A stretch of DNA of 64,000 bases from Selaginella moellendorffii (lineage: Eukaryota; Plantae; Lycopodiophyta), in contig NW_003314275.1 in assembly GCF_000143415.4 (NCBI RefSeq), positions 434,001 to 498,000 of the forward strand. The letters run 5' to 3'. Every line of letters begins with the position of its first letter. Within the stretch, counting starts at the first letter, position 1. Below, piece after piece: positions 12,987-24,862 of the stretch. The notes below the pieces were generated by a model. The model made no database searches. It saw nothing but the letters and a program-made list of their open reading frames with translations, and was not told the origin of the DNA. A program made the translations under genes and the position numbers.

Positions 12987-15030
12987 CAGGTTCGTAGAGA
13001 AGATACTGTTTTTCTTTGGCAGCTGTAATTATATGCTCCATTGAAGTCACCTCTTCAATGGAGTTTGTCACCGCAACACACGGGACACCCTTGAGTAGTG
13101 CGGCTCAAAAGAATAGTCCACCGCAGTTGTACTCGACAACGCATTTGCCCTTGGAGTCGGAACCCGCTATTGCGTTGAAGACCCAGCTGAGCATTTCCCA
13201 TGCTGCACCTGGAGCTTTCTCTGGATTCGAAAGCTCCATAGCCGTCTTCAGTTCCTTAGGCACGGGTAAATTGACCTCCCTCAGATCAATTCGATCGGCC
13301 TTGTCGAACGAAGCTGGGAAGTCACTCCAGTCCCACTCTGCTGCAGGACCAATAACAAGGGCGAGTGTGAAGATGCGGACATTCGTCGGTATCTTCTTCT
13401 TAGCCATTATCCCATGGATCTCCTGCATCTCCTTGCCTTTCAACCGAGCTCTCAGAGTTGTGCACAAGTCCTCGTATGTCACAATATGGCCGGGAGTCAT
13501 TTTGGTCTTGTTGAAGACTACCTCACCACGTAGAAGAGCATTAGCCACTGTCAGAAGGTCGTCGTCGTCTAGAGACGAGAAACGCAATGCGTTGAGCTTC
13601 AAATCATTGGGCTTCCGGCCGTCCTCCACACCCATTGAGTTTAGCAACTCCCCGTCATGGTACCTCCTCAGCACATCTACCCATTTGTCAAAAACAACTT
13701 TTGTCACGAGTAGAATGTTATGGATGCTGAGTGTGTCATTGACCCCCAGTGTTTTCGAGAGAAAACTCGAGAATTCCTGCAATGGAAATGGCGTGAGGCC
13801 ACATGCTATGCCACATGCAAGGAGGCTTACCTGCCAGGCGCTAGTTGCTAGTGCACGTCCTTGTCCTGGTTTTTGTGGCTTCTTTAGTTGAACCCAGAGC
13901 TTCCGTGTTCGTGCCAATGTCTCGTGCAGACCCGATTTGTAGCACGTTTCTTGCTTGACATTCTGCGCGTGGGAGATGGATATGATAGATCGGAGGGGCG
14001 AGTTGCCTTTTATTAGGCGGACAACTCTTGTCTTGAAGACTTTCTTCACCTCCTCGCCCACCATAATATCCACAACTATCTCTTGCATCGCCAAGCTAGA
14101 ATGCTGCCCGGAGACGGCATAGAACCGGATATTCTGATCGTCCAACACCTTCCTATTGATCAAGTCTGGAAACCTCGTCTCGCCCTTCATTGTTCGGTAG
14201 TAGGGGATCACGTTTGCGATGTCGGGTGTTACTGGACTTGCCAGCATCTTCTGCTTCAGTTTCTCCACCCACTCATCAGATACTAGCCTGTGGTTGTATT
14301 TGCTTTGGATGTCGATACGGCTCACGTCGATTATATATACTTTGTTGGAATAGTAACAAGTACTATTATCTGCGACGATTTTTGCTGCCTCTTCTTGCTC
14401 TTTCTGCTCTTTGCAGCTCTTCTTTTTTGTGGGTGTAGTGTTCAAACCCGAGGCAATGGCATCACCGAGTAGCTTCTTTTTTGGACCAGGAGAGTCGGAC
14501 GTCGGCTTGAGCTTGACCACCCTTTTTTGCTTCGGGGTAGTTTCCAGATCGACCCCCTTCCCCTTCGCTTCGTGAACTGGAGGCACTCTCAACGGCTCAA
14601 TGTTGGAATATAGTTTTTGAACATCGCCGTAGGTGAGGTCCGTGGATTCCATGTGATCTTCATAGACCCGCAGCGTCTTTGAAATTGTAGGCCTCCTGGA
14701 CAACCTCTCCCTAGCTCCCTCTAGGAATTCCTCATAGCCGTTGCCCCCCTCCGGGAAGCCACTAGGATGTGCAAGGTGGATCTTGAAGGCAGACGTTGTC
14801 TCTACCACAAGTGCCAGTCCATATTCTTGCATGGAACTGCATGGAGTGTCTGTCACTTGGATGAGGATCCCCATGCATTCTTTTCTCCCACCATCTGTGT
14901 TGTACAGCCTTAGATCCTCGCCTTCCATTCTGAAAGTCCAACTGGTGAGCTCCTCCCCCTTCTCTGCATCCACATTGACAGTGGCTGGAAGAAGAACGCA
15001 ATTCCTCGCCTGTTCAGAAATGCACAACAA
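12987..15030 (-). CDS. ParB/Srx-like domain protein with degenerate C-terminal methyltransferase-like motifs (one in-frame TGA at 13105-13107)
   Basis: YNHRLVSDEWVEKLK..FYAVSGQHSSLA..ISHAQN is ParB-like. Reading through the stop gives CVVEYNCGGLFF*AALLKGVPCVAV up to a GTGAGT donor at 12986. Confidence 0.65.
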
Positions 15031-17763
15031 TTAGAGCTGACAGATGAAAAGCTAGCAACTGGAAATAACGTGAGGCCACACGCCATTCACCACTGCATCA
15101 GATGTCTTGAGGTTGCATCCTAAGATGGCGTGAGGCTACACGCCATCTGTAACCGGACTGCACTCGAGAGCCCAATCGGTGCATGCCAATGTTGCTACTG
15201 AATGGCATGTGGCCTCATGCCATTTTCTACTTGGCCTAAAAGACATACCATTTGAAGCCGATTGGAGGCCGTGACAATCGAGGCTGGAGTCGCTGACGAA
15301 TGTGCACTGTGTGTGCAGCGGATCGTAGCAGCAAAGCTACTCTGCCAGTTACAGTTGGAGAGTGGCGCTGAAATCTCCCGGGACGCCAAGTGGGCTGCGT
15401 GTGGGTGGCGGAGTGGGCGGCGGAGTTGGCGGCGAAGTTACAAACTGGGTGTGTCTTGAAGTGGACGCCGATGCACACGAGTGCGATGCAAGCGCGATGC
15501 GAGCGCGAGTGTGATGCAAGCGCGAGTGGACGCCGATGCACACGAGAAACCTGTAGAGAAGGTAGATGAGCGCGAATGAGAGCATGATCGCGAGTGGGAG
15601 CGCGATGCGAGCGCGAGTGTGCGAGCGCGAGTACGAAGCAAAATGCAAAACCTAACCTCACACGCGCGAAATGTCACGACGGTTGGTAATCCCGCCACGT
15701 CATCATTCCTCGGACTTGGGCGCCACCATTAATTTTTGGATCGCCGCGCGCATGCATGCACGTGAAATCCAAAAGAAATCCGCAACGTCATCATTCCTCG
15801 GACTGCATGCACGCGAAATCCAAAAAAAAGATCATGATTGGGATATCATTTAATACCCTCGCTATATTTATACCATGCATGATTGGATATTCCAAAGCAT
15901 CTTGTATTTCCAAAAATGCCAGATGTTCAGCTACTCAGTTTGAAATTTGTCAGAGGAATTTTAAGATCTAGTTTGTCAGAGGATTTGATGTGACGTTCAA
16001 GCGTGTGGGCTCATGCAATTTTGATCCCAAAAAATGCACCAAAAAATGCTCGGCGTCATCTGGCGTTATCTCTTGAATAGCGTGGGGCCGCATGCCATTT
16101 TAAGGGGCACATAGGAGTATATTCCTAGAATATTCTGATACACGTGAGATTTTTTTGAGTTTTCTGGAGATCCAACCGTTAGATCGCAACTAGATTTTAC
16201 AGAATGGTATACAATGTCTTTCTTGATGACTCTGCAAAGAAGCATCTCGATCGGACACCACATGAGACCACACGAGCCTTACAATGTTTCAGAGGCATTT
16301 GCCATAGATCCGACCGTTATTTTGCCCCAAGATTTTACAGTTTGGTGTGCATTGACCTTTCCATTGACACTGCAAAGGGACATCACAATCAGATGCGGGA
16401 TCACAAGAAACTAACTTCAGTAACTCTGGTTTCACCAAGATCTACATAAGGAGTTATGAAATGAAAGGACCCTCTCTATTGAAATGTGTTTATGGTCCTA
16501 GGGGCATTGTGACATATCAAAGGATTTTGCATCAAGTTCTGTATTTGCATGTTTATCAAGCTACTGAATTGCTAAACCCTAAACCCTAAACATGTGGCAA
16601 ATGCTGCGTGAAGAAAGATGCCCTTTCTGGGCAAATGCTGTAAGAGGCAGATGCTGAGCAGATGTATCTCAGGCTAGCGAAGGGGACAAACAAAAGCTAG
16701 CTATAAACATGATGGGATGCAAATAGATTACTAGGCTGGTCCCGCGAAAATCAAAAACCATAATTGAAAACATTGAAAATGCAAAAAGAAAGGTTTATAA
16801 TATTTTTGAATTTTAAGCAACCAAAGGAATGTAAGTAGGGCATGTGTTTGTAAGTTTAAAAATGCCTCAACCACTTAAATTCCCAAGTAAATAAAGCTGT
16901 TTCTATTTTTGGTACAGGTAAACTTTATAGCGTGTGGGCTTATGCAATTTTGAACCCAAAAATGCACCAAAAAATGCTCGACTAGCATTATTCTTTGAAT
17001 GGCGTGTGGCCTTATATTGCCATAAATGGACGTACACACACAGCATAATTATTCCTTTACACGGCGAATAATCTTGGCGCGGATCGCTGACATGGCATGG
17101 CAAAGTTCGAATCACTGACATGGCACAGCTGGATCGAGGCAAGGACATGATGTGACAAAGTTCAACGTCCGACAGCAAAGTCTAGAAGCTACTCAGTTTG
17201 AAATTTGTCAGAGGAATCATAAGATCTGGTTTGTCAGAGGATTTGATGTGACGTTCAAGCGTGTGTTATTTTTGAATTCTCGAACTCATTCCTAGGTCTA
17301 TCATTTTTGTGCACCGTGTTCTTGGTTCCGCTGAGCGCAGTGAGCGCTGCTTGTGTAAGCAGCGTTGTGAGCTGTGGTTTATGCGTCTACGAGCGGTTGC
17401 GGCATTGCGAGCGGTAGTTTATGCGAGTGGCAGTTTGTGCGAGCGGCGCTACGAGCAGTTGCGGTGGTGCGAGCGGCGCTACAGTACCACTAATGGTATG
17501 AGGGCTCATGCCATCTTGGGGCTTGCAAGTTCATCACTAGCATATTGCCAATAGTTTCTTTACCTGCCTGTAGCTGTGTGTTTATCAAGATGGCATGAGG
17601 GCTCATGCCAATTTTGTGAATGCGAAATTTCACGTGGGTGTCAATAGCATGTTTGAATAATGGCATGTGGCCTCATGCTATTGAGGTTGTTTAGTATGTT
17701 ATGATTTAGGCCATTCTCCAATCATTTTTTGTATGGTCTTAACTTCTTTTCTGCACTTTCAGA

Positions 17764-20589
17764 ATGGCCTCCGCAAGTGCGACGCATGTTCCCTCCGTGG
17801 ATCTTAAGAACCGTGCTACATGGATTCAGGCAAAGGTGTTTCTAAACAACCCCGAGGGGGAGGTGGTAGCTGAGGGCTTAGCCACAGTTGTCGATCCAAG
17901 AGATGCGGTTGCTAATCAAGAATTGGGCTGGGATGATATTGGAGTTGCGATTTTAGAGGTTGTTGACACAGAAGAAAACAGTCTGACTATTGGAAGCATT
18001 GTGTGGTGGAAATTGAGGCACTTAGTGTTTGAGAATGTGAAGGATTCACAATCAAACACCACTACAACTGATGACAGAACATCTCTTCATGGGAAAAGAA
18101 AGTACACATTCCTAAAGCGCAGCCAAAGGGATCTAAGCAACGAACCGAAAAGGCAGAAAATGGGGATAGAGGTTCGAATGGTCTCGACAGTTGCTTGTTG
18201 CAAGAGGAGGTGCTGTCAACATGCTGATTGGGATGCTATTGAAGAGGAGAGAGCAAGATACAAGACATTGTCCTGGAAGGTAGCTCGCAATTTTGTGTAT
18301 GAGGCATTACGGTCATCTGTTGATGCTTCAAAACATCAGGTGGGGGGCATGGTCTTCCAGAGGGGTTTGGTCTGCATGAAGGCATGGAGAATCATTTATG
18401 GAGTCCCTCGAACCACATTCTACAGAATCAAAACTGAGTTCGAGGAACAAAGGGTTCAACAGGCAGTCCATGGGAATGACGGTACTCACAAAACCAGGGG
18501 TCATGTTGTATATGGAGAGGCAATCTTCAAGAGGTTTGTCGAGACATGTAGCGAGCAGCAACCACATAAAACCCGCCTCTTGGAAGATGGAACACGAGAC
18601 ACCCAACGAGTTCTCCCTTCCATGTATACCAAGGGGGCCATATTGGAAGATGTGAATTGGGAACTCCAGAGTAATGGCTACAGGAAGCTGAGCCAATCTA
18701 GATTTAGTAGATTGTGGAGCAACAGGTTTAGGGATGTGAATATAGGAAAGTACTTCAGCTTTTCAAAGTGTGACAAGTGCACTGCTATTAAAATGGCTTT
18801 GTCGAAGAATTCTTGCATCGCTCAAGAGCGAGAGACGTTGGTTAGAAGGCGGCTCGACCACAACATCGAGCAGAGAAGCTGCAGGACTGCATATTATCAT
18901 AACAGGATTCTCTCCATGGAGAGACCTGACTCTTACCTCTGCATCATCCACGACAAAATGAACCAGAAAAAGACGTGCTTACCTCGACTTAATCCTGCCC
19001 CCAAGGCAATCTCTTCATCCATGCAGCTGCCTGTGTCTCTATTTGGCATAATCGCTCATGGGCATGGTGCCCAAAACTATGGGAACTTCTTTGTACCTCT
19101 ATGGGGTGGCGGGGGTGCAAACATGATGATTGCGTCCCTAGCAAAACACTTAAGGTCTCTGCAAAGTGCGCAGACTGAGTTGAACGGCCAACCCTTGCAT
19201 AAGGCCCTTGTCGATCGAACCCCATACAGGGTTCAGCTGGAGGAGGAGCAAAGGCTTGCAGTATCGCGTGGGGCCCCATGCCATCCTAGTGAATATGTTG
19301 GCCGTCAGATTGTAGGGTTATCACGTGAGGCCTCATGCCATTCCGACGAGGCTGGTTGCCCGGTGAATGCACAGCCTCATCCAAACGAAGCAGAATCTCA
19401 AGGAAGTTCTTGCGGCCAATATGGCCTTCCACCCCATCTTCTGCTCCAAACAGACAATGCTGGCAGTGAGAACAAAAACATGTACGTCTTCGCGTACTTG
19501 GCGATGCTTGTTGCCAAAGGCATATTTAAAACGGTTACACTTGGCTTTCTCATGGTTGGGCACACTCATGAAGACGTCGATGCCATGTTCAGTCACCTGG
19601 CAGAGTCCCTCTGGCGATCCAATGTCCTCACCCTCCCACAACTCTACGATGAATTCCAAAATTGCATCAAAGGCACTGTTGAAGCTGCACTGGTGACAGA
19701 GGTTCCAGACTTTAAGGGGTTTGTAAGAGGCTACATCAGGGACGGATCCGAAACGCTGATTGGCCACTCCAAGCCTCTTCAGTTTCATTTCAGCATGCGT
19801 GACGGTGCTCCAGTGATGAGGTACAAGATGAGAGAATGGGACACAGTGTGGCTGCCAGTGGACGGCATTGAACTCTTCAAAAGAGATCCCATAACTGGGG
19901 AACCTATGATTCCTCAGGGTTCCCCACGGCCGATGCACCCGGATGGACTCAAAGACCAGGAAAGTATAGTGGCCGGGATTAGATAGCATATTGCCTTCTG
20001 GAAGAGGGGGTTGGTGTTTGGTGGAGAATCCTATTTTCAGAGGTGCAAGCCTTTGCTCGAATACTGGGAGAAGATTATATCTGCTATCCAAAATGGGCCT
20101 GTTGTATATGAAGAATTGGAAGAGTCCTTTTGGCCAGAACCCAGAGCACCAGATAGTAGCGGAACAATGTCCTCTGGAAATGCAGTGACAGATAACGATG
20201 TTGAGGATCACTATTGTGGGCCGAGGAACAAGAAGCCGAATTCAGCATTCAATCCAGTATAGGTCTGCAAAGGAATGGTTGTGCTTGTCAGACCCAGTAA
20301 TAAAAAACAAATGATATGGGTGGGGCGCTGCATCACTGATGCAGAGGAGGACATGGAAACTAACTCCTTCAATGTAACTGTGGAGTGGTTCAAGCCAAGT
20401 TCCGGATATATGAAGGATTGCCTAGAAAAGAGATGGGTGCTGAATCCAAGGGATCCCAGCATGAGCATATCGGTGGATAATGTTGTGCATGGTTGGATGC
20501 GGAAGCAGAGTGCCACCATCACCTTGCCAGACCATGCAAGAGATGCAGCAAGAGCATTCATAACCCGGGTTCAAGGTGAGATTCATTAA
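17764..20589 (+). pseudogene. Sola-like (DUF7869-type) transposase, ~940 aa reading frame with two premature TAG stops
   Basis: Motifs CCKRRC, FSKCDKC, IIHDKMNQKK, LQTDNAGSENKN, FLMVGHTHEDVDAMFS. ORFs 17764, 20011 and 20275 are in one frame. Confidence 0.8.
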
Positions 20590-23500
20590 TATTCCTTTAC
20601 TAAGTTTCTAATGTATTTTATTTCAAGATGAACAATCCGAATCTGAATCAGAGGAGGCGTGATGGCATGTGGCCTTACGCCATTCCTAGGTGAGATGATA
20701 CAAATAACAAGTATAAATTCTTAGTTGTTCTAGCAAATCTTACTTAAAGTTCAAGGTGAACAAGCCGAATATGAATTCATCGGATTGTTATAACAAATTG
20801 CGAGGTGATGGCATGAGGCGATACGCCATTTGAGAGTGGTAGCCATTCCTATATGAGGTGAGTGAAATATTTATTAGAAATACCTTATTCAATTGTGCAC
20901 TTCTAAGTCTTGGTCCACTCAGTACTGTTTGCATGTTTCTATTTTAATTCTTTCTCTAAAATATTATTTAGCATGTGGCTTCATGCCATTGCTCTCCACA
21001 ATCATGCATTGAATTTTTCTATCCTTGCATAATACTTCTCCATATATATAGCATGTGCGCACATGTGATATGGTTCATTAGGCCTGATATAGTGTGTGAG
21101 GTAAAACAAAGATGATGTAACATATGCATTTACCAATCACATGTGCATAAATCTAATAATATGGCGTGTGGCCCATATTAATGGCACATAAACCCATATT
21201 GTGGGCTTACGTGCTTTATGTACCATCATTCCCTTGCAGCGTGTGTGTTGGTTTCCTTTTATAACACAACGAACTCCATATTTTAGGGTGAAGAGCGTTC
21301 TCATGGCAAGCACAAAATCTGTAAGTGAGGCAGAAAAGGAGACGGAGAAGGAGATAAGTGAAGATGTAGAATATATAAGTCTTCCAAACTCCCCGTACTA
21401 TACTCCAGGTGATCATTTTTCTGAACAAACGGCAACATTAACAACTATCGAGAACGCCCCAGTAACGTCAGAGACAACAATCCAAAGCAAAACAACTGAC
21501 CCAGAGAAGGATGATAGTACCGCTGAGAGTACCAAAAAGGAGGTGTCCACTAGCGCTTAGGCTTATAATGGCGTGTGCCCTCATGCCATTTACTTGATCA
21601 CCAAATACCTTTTTCCCTTTGCACTAGTATATCTTAATACCGGTCTGAGAAATAGAATGGCATGTGCCCTCAGGCCTTTTACTAAATCATCTTTGAAAGA
21701 AATGCAAGCCTCTATGTCATAAAAAAAAGGTACTAGAGAAATTCCTTAATAATATGAATGTTATTTAGTTTCATGAAAATACACTAAGGGTCAAATGAGT
21801 TAAATGACTTCTCCAGACTAGCAATGCCTCTTGCTACACCTTCACAATTAGATTCGTTAGAAAAAGATAACATTGAATAATATCTAAATGTTCTCACCAT
21901 TAAGTTATTTGTCTGGCTAATAGGAATGACGTTCATCTTGGAAAGCTCACCACACGCTCAATGAACAAACAAATAGTGTGTGTGCGCATGCCATCGCTCT
22001 TCTTTAGCTTCAGATTCGGCTTGTTCACCTTGACAATGAGATTTATTATACAACTAGATGGACTCAGTCTGGACACAAAGTCACCGCGCTAGTCACCATG
22101 CCCCAGATATGTCTAGCCCTTGGACAAAAAACATATAATTTCACGTCATTTTCAAATACTTGAAAATTTGTACCTAGTCCCATTTTACTGAATAAATCCC
22201 ACTTTAACGAAATAGAGCTTCGGTGAAAAGTGACAAAAAGAGAGGAACGGAAAAAGTACCTTTAGTGATCCAGCGGGTGTTGGACCAATTCCAGGATACC
22301 ATGCCGGAGGAGCTACCAGCGGGGTTGCCCCACGCACGACCGATAGAACATAAGATTGAGCTGGTTGAGGGTGCTGAGGCGGTGGTTCGTCCACCCTATC
22401 GTTTGAACGAAAAAAAACTCGCGGAGCTCAAGTGCCAACTAAAGGAGTTGGTGGACAAAGGGTATGTTAGGTTGAGCAAATCGCCGTATGGGGCACTAGT
22501 GCTATTTGTGAAAAAGAAAGATGGATCTATGCGCATGTGCATAGACTACCGGTTGCTCAACAAATATACAAAAAAGAACAAGTACCCTTTGCCAAGGATA
22601 AAGGACATGTTCGATAGGTTGGGAAAGGCAAAATACTTCTCAAGGATTGACCTAAGGTCAGGATACTACCAGATCAGGGTAGCAGAAGAAGATGTCGAGA
22701 AGACAACCTGTCGAACGAGGTATGGGAGCTTCAAGTTTTTGGTGATGCCCTTTGGGCTATGCAATGCGCCGGCAACGTTTTCGGCGTTGATGAACCATAT
22801 CTTTGTACCCTATCTGGATCACTTTGTGGTCGTCTATATTGACGACATCCTAATCTATAGCGAAACGCTAGAAGAGCATGCCAAACACTTGACGAAGGTG
22901 TTTGAGAAACTAAGGGAACACCAGCTGTATGCTAAAGAGAGCAAATGTGACTTTGCTCAACAAGAGGTAAAGTTTCTCGGGTATGTGGTGGGCAAGGATG
23001 GGCTCAAGGTGGACCCTGAAAAGGTCCAAGCGATCCAGGATTGGGAGTGACCATCGAATGTACACGAGTTAAGGGCATTCTTGGGACTATGCAACTACTA
23101 TCGAAAGTTTATCAGACACTATTCGAGAGTAGCTCTGCCCTTAACGGACCAAATGGGAAAAGGGAAGATGGTATGGACAGCGGAATGCGAGGCGGCATTC
23201 GTCCACCTCAAGGGGAAGTTGAGGAAGGCTCCCGTGTTGGCGTTACCAGACTTTGGTAAAGACTTTGAGGTAGAAACGGATGCTTCAGACTTTGCGTTGG
23301 GCGTAGTTTTGAAGCAAGACAACCACCCAGTAGCGTTCTTCTCGAAGAAGTTGGACAAGGCTCAACGGAAGTGGCCTGCCCATGAGAAGGAATTGTTTGC
23401 GGTGGTCAAGGCGCTCAAGGAGTGGCGACACTACCTTTGAGACACTTCAAGGTTTACACGGACAATGTGGCAACGAAACACTTCTTGTCACAGCCCGACC

Positions 23501-24345
23501 TGAGGGGAAAACAAGGTCGGTGGGCCAATGCTTTGGCTGAGTTTGATTGCGAGATTCTGTACAAGCCTGGGAAGAGCAACATCGTGGCAGATGCGCTAAG
23601 TCGAAAAGCGAGCTTGAAGTTGGCGATATCTAACGCAACAGCAACCTTTTGGGATGATGTGCGGACCGCATACAAGAACGATGGTCTAGTACAAGAAGTG
23701 TTGCTGAGGAATCTAGAGGCACGAGAAGCTCACTAGAGAGGTGAGCTGCCAGTGGAAGAGAAAACGGGTTATGCAGAACGCAACGGACTTATATATTACA
23801 AGCAAACGAGGGTGTATATTCCAGAAGGGGAACTAAGGAAGGTAGCCTTAGAAGAGTGTCATGACGGACCTCTTGCGGGACATGGTGGAGTGCCCAAGAC
23901 AATGGGCTTACTCAAGAGGAAGTACCACTGGCCAGATATGGCTAAGGGCGTCCAAGACTATATAAAGACATGTCCAACATGTCAGCAGGTCAAAGTCGTG
24001 ACTAAGGCTAGTGGGGGCATGTTACAAAGCATCCCAATTCTAGATCATCCATGGAAATGTCTTACGATGGACTTCATCACGGGACTCCCTCCAAGTGAGG
24101 GGTTCGATGCGATATTCGTGGTGGTGGATCGATTTTCGAAGATGGCACATTTCATACCCACCACAACGGAAGTGGATGCGGAAGGTGTGGCGAAACTGTT
24201 CTTCGAACAAGTGGTTTGAGTGCGGGGAAGGCCAGAAGAGATTATCTCAGATCAAGATAAAATCTTCACCAGTAGGTTCTAGAGAACACTCCTGGAACAG
24301 TATCGCACCAAGTTGAAATTCAAATAGCCTATCACCCACAGACAG

Positions 24346-24392
24346 GTAATGGGTATTAAGTCAAGATTGATGGCACTAACACTTCTTGACAG
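24346..24392 (+). other. 47-bp GT-AG intron inside the integrase core of element B
   Basis: GTAATG donor, CACTAAC branch site, GACAG acceptor. Removal restores AYHPQTDGQTE. Confidence 0.85.
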
Positions 24393-24810
24393 ACGGACAA
24401 ACGGAAAAGGTGAATAGGCAGTTGGAGGATTATTTGCGATGCTATGTCTCGAGAGACTAGATCGATTGGGTAAGTCATATGGGACTTGCGGAAATGTGTT
24501 ATAACAACTCACCACATTCGAGCATCGGGGTGAGTCCATGGAAAGTCATTAATGGGCGAGCTATTGAAGGTCCTATGGAACTCGGCGTGGCCGAGTATCA
24601 TGGAGAGTTACCTACAGTGGAGGCATTCACGGCGGAAAGACTCAACATTTGGAATCTAGTGAGGGATTCCTTGGAACGGGCTCAGCGAAGGCAAACCAAG
24701 TACGCGAACCAAAAGCGCCGGGATGTAGAGTTCCAAGCTAGGGAAAAGGTGTGGCTGAACACCAAGAACCTCAGGCTACCAAGTGGGATCAGCCGGAAGT
24801 TGACCCAAAG

Positions 24811-24862
24811 GTAAAAATGCATGTATTCTTGTAAATGAATTGATCTTGAGTTCTTTAAGTAG
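24811..24862 (+). other. 52-bp GT-AG intron before the integrase GPY motif of element B
   Basis: GTAAAA..AAGTAG, AT-rich. Removal restores KLTQRFAGPY. Confidence 0.82.

Larger units (their letters stand above)
10284..21994. repeat. About 25 dispersed copies of a 22-bp imperfect palindrome ATGGCRTGWGG|CCWCAYGCCAT
   Basis: Examples: 10284, 11236, 11311 (perfect), 12682, 13788, 15065, 15125, 15202, 16077, 17493, 17590, 17660, 19263, 19320, 20662, 20808, 20968, 21568, 21973. Confidence 0.93.
9934..22220 (+). mobile_element. 12.3-kb TIR DNA transposon, Sola-like DDD transposase, with cargo gene(s)
   Basis: 24-bp TIRs AAGCTCTATTTYGTTAAAGTGGGA (9934-9957 and 22197-22220, 23/24 match). 4-bp TSD CGGT (9930-9933 and 22221-22224). 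Element B pol resumes right after it. Superfamily assignment is tentative. Confidence 0.88.

Noticed and set aside
13016-13891. 291-aa plus-strand ORF and similar antisense ORFs
   Set aside because: Shadow frames opposite real coding sequence, with no motifs.
16572-16590. Interstitial telomere
   Set aside because: Only about 2.5 CCCTAAA units; better read as a telo-box.
21201-21560. Small acidic Ser/Thr-rich ORF near the right end of the Sola-like element
   Set aside because: Plausible composition but no recognisable domain or supported gene structure.
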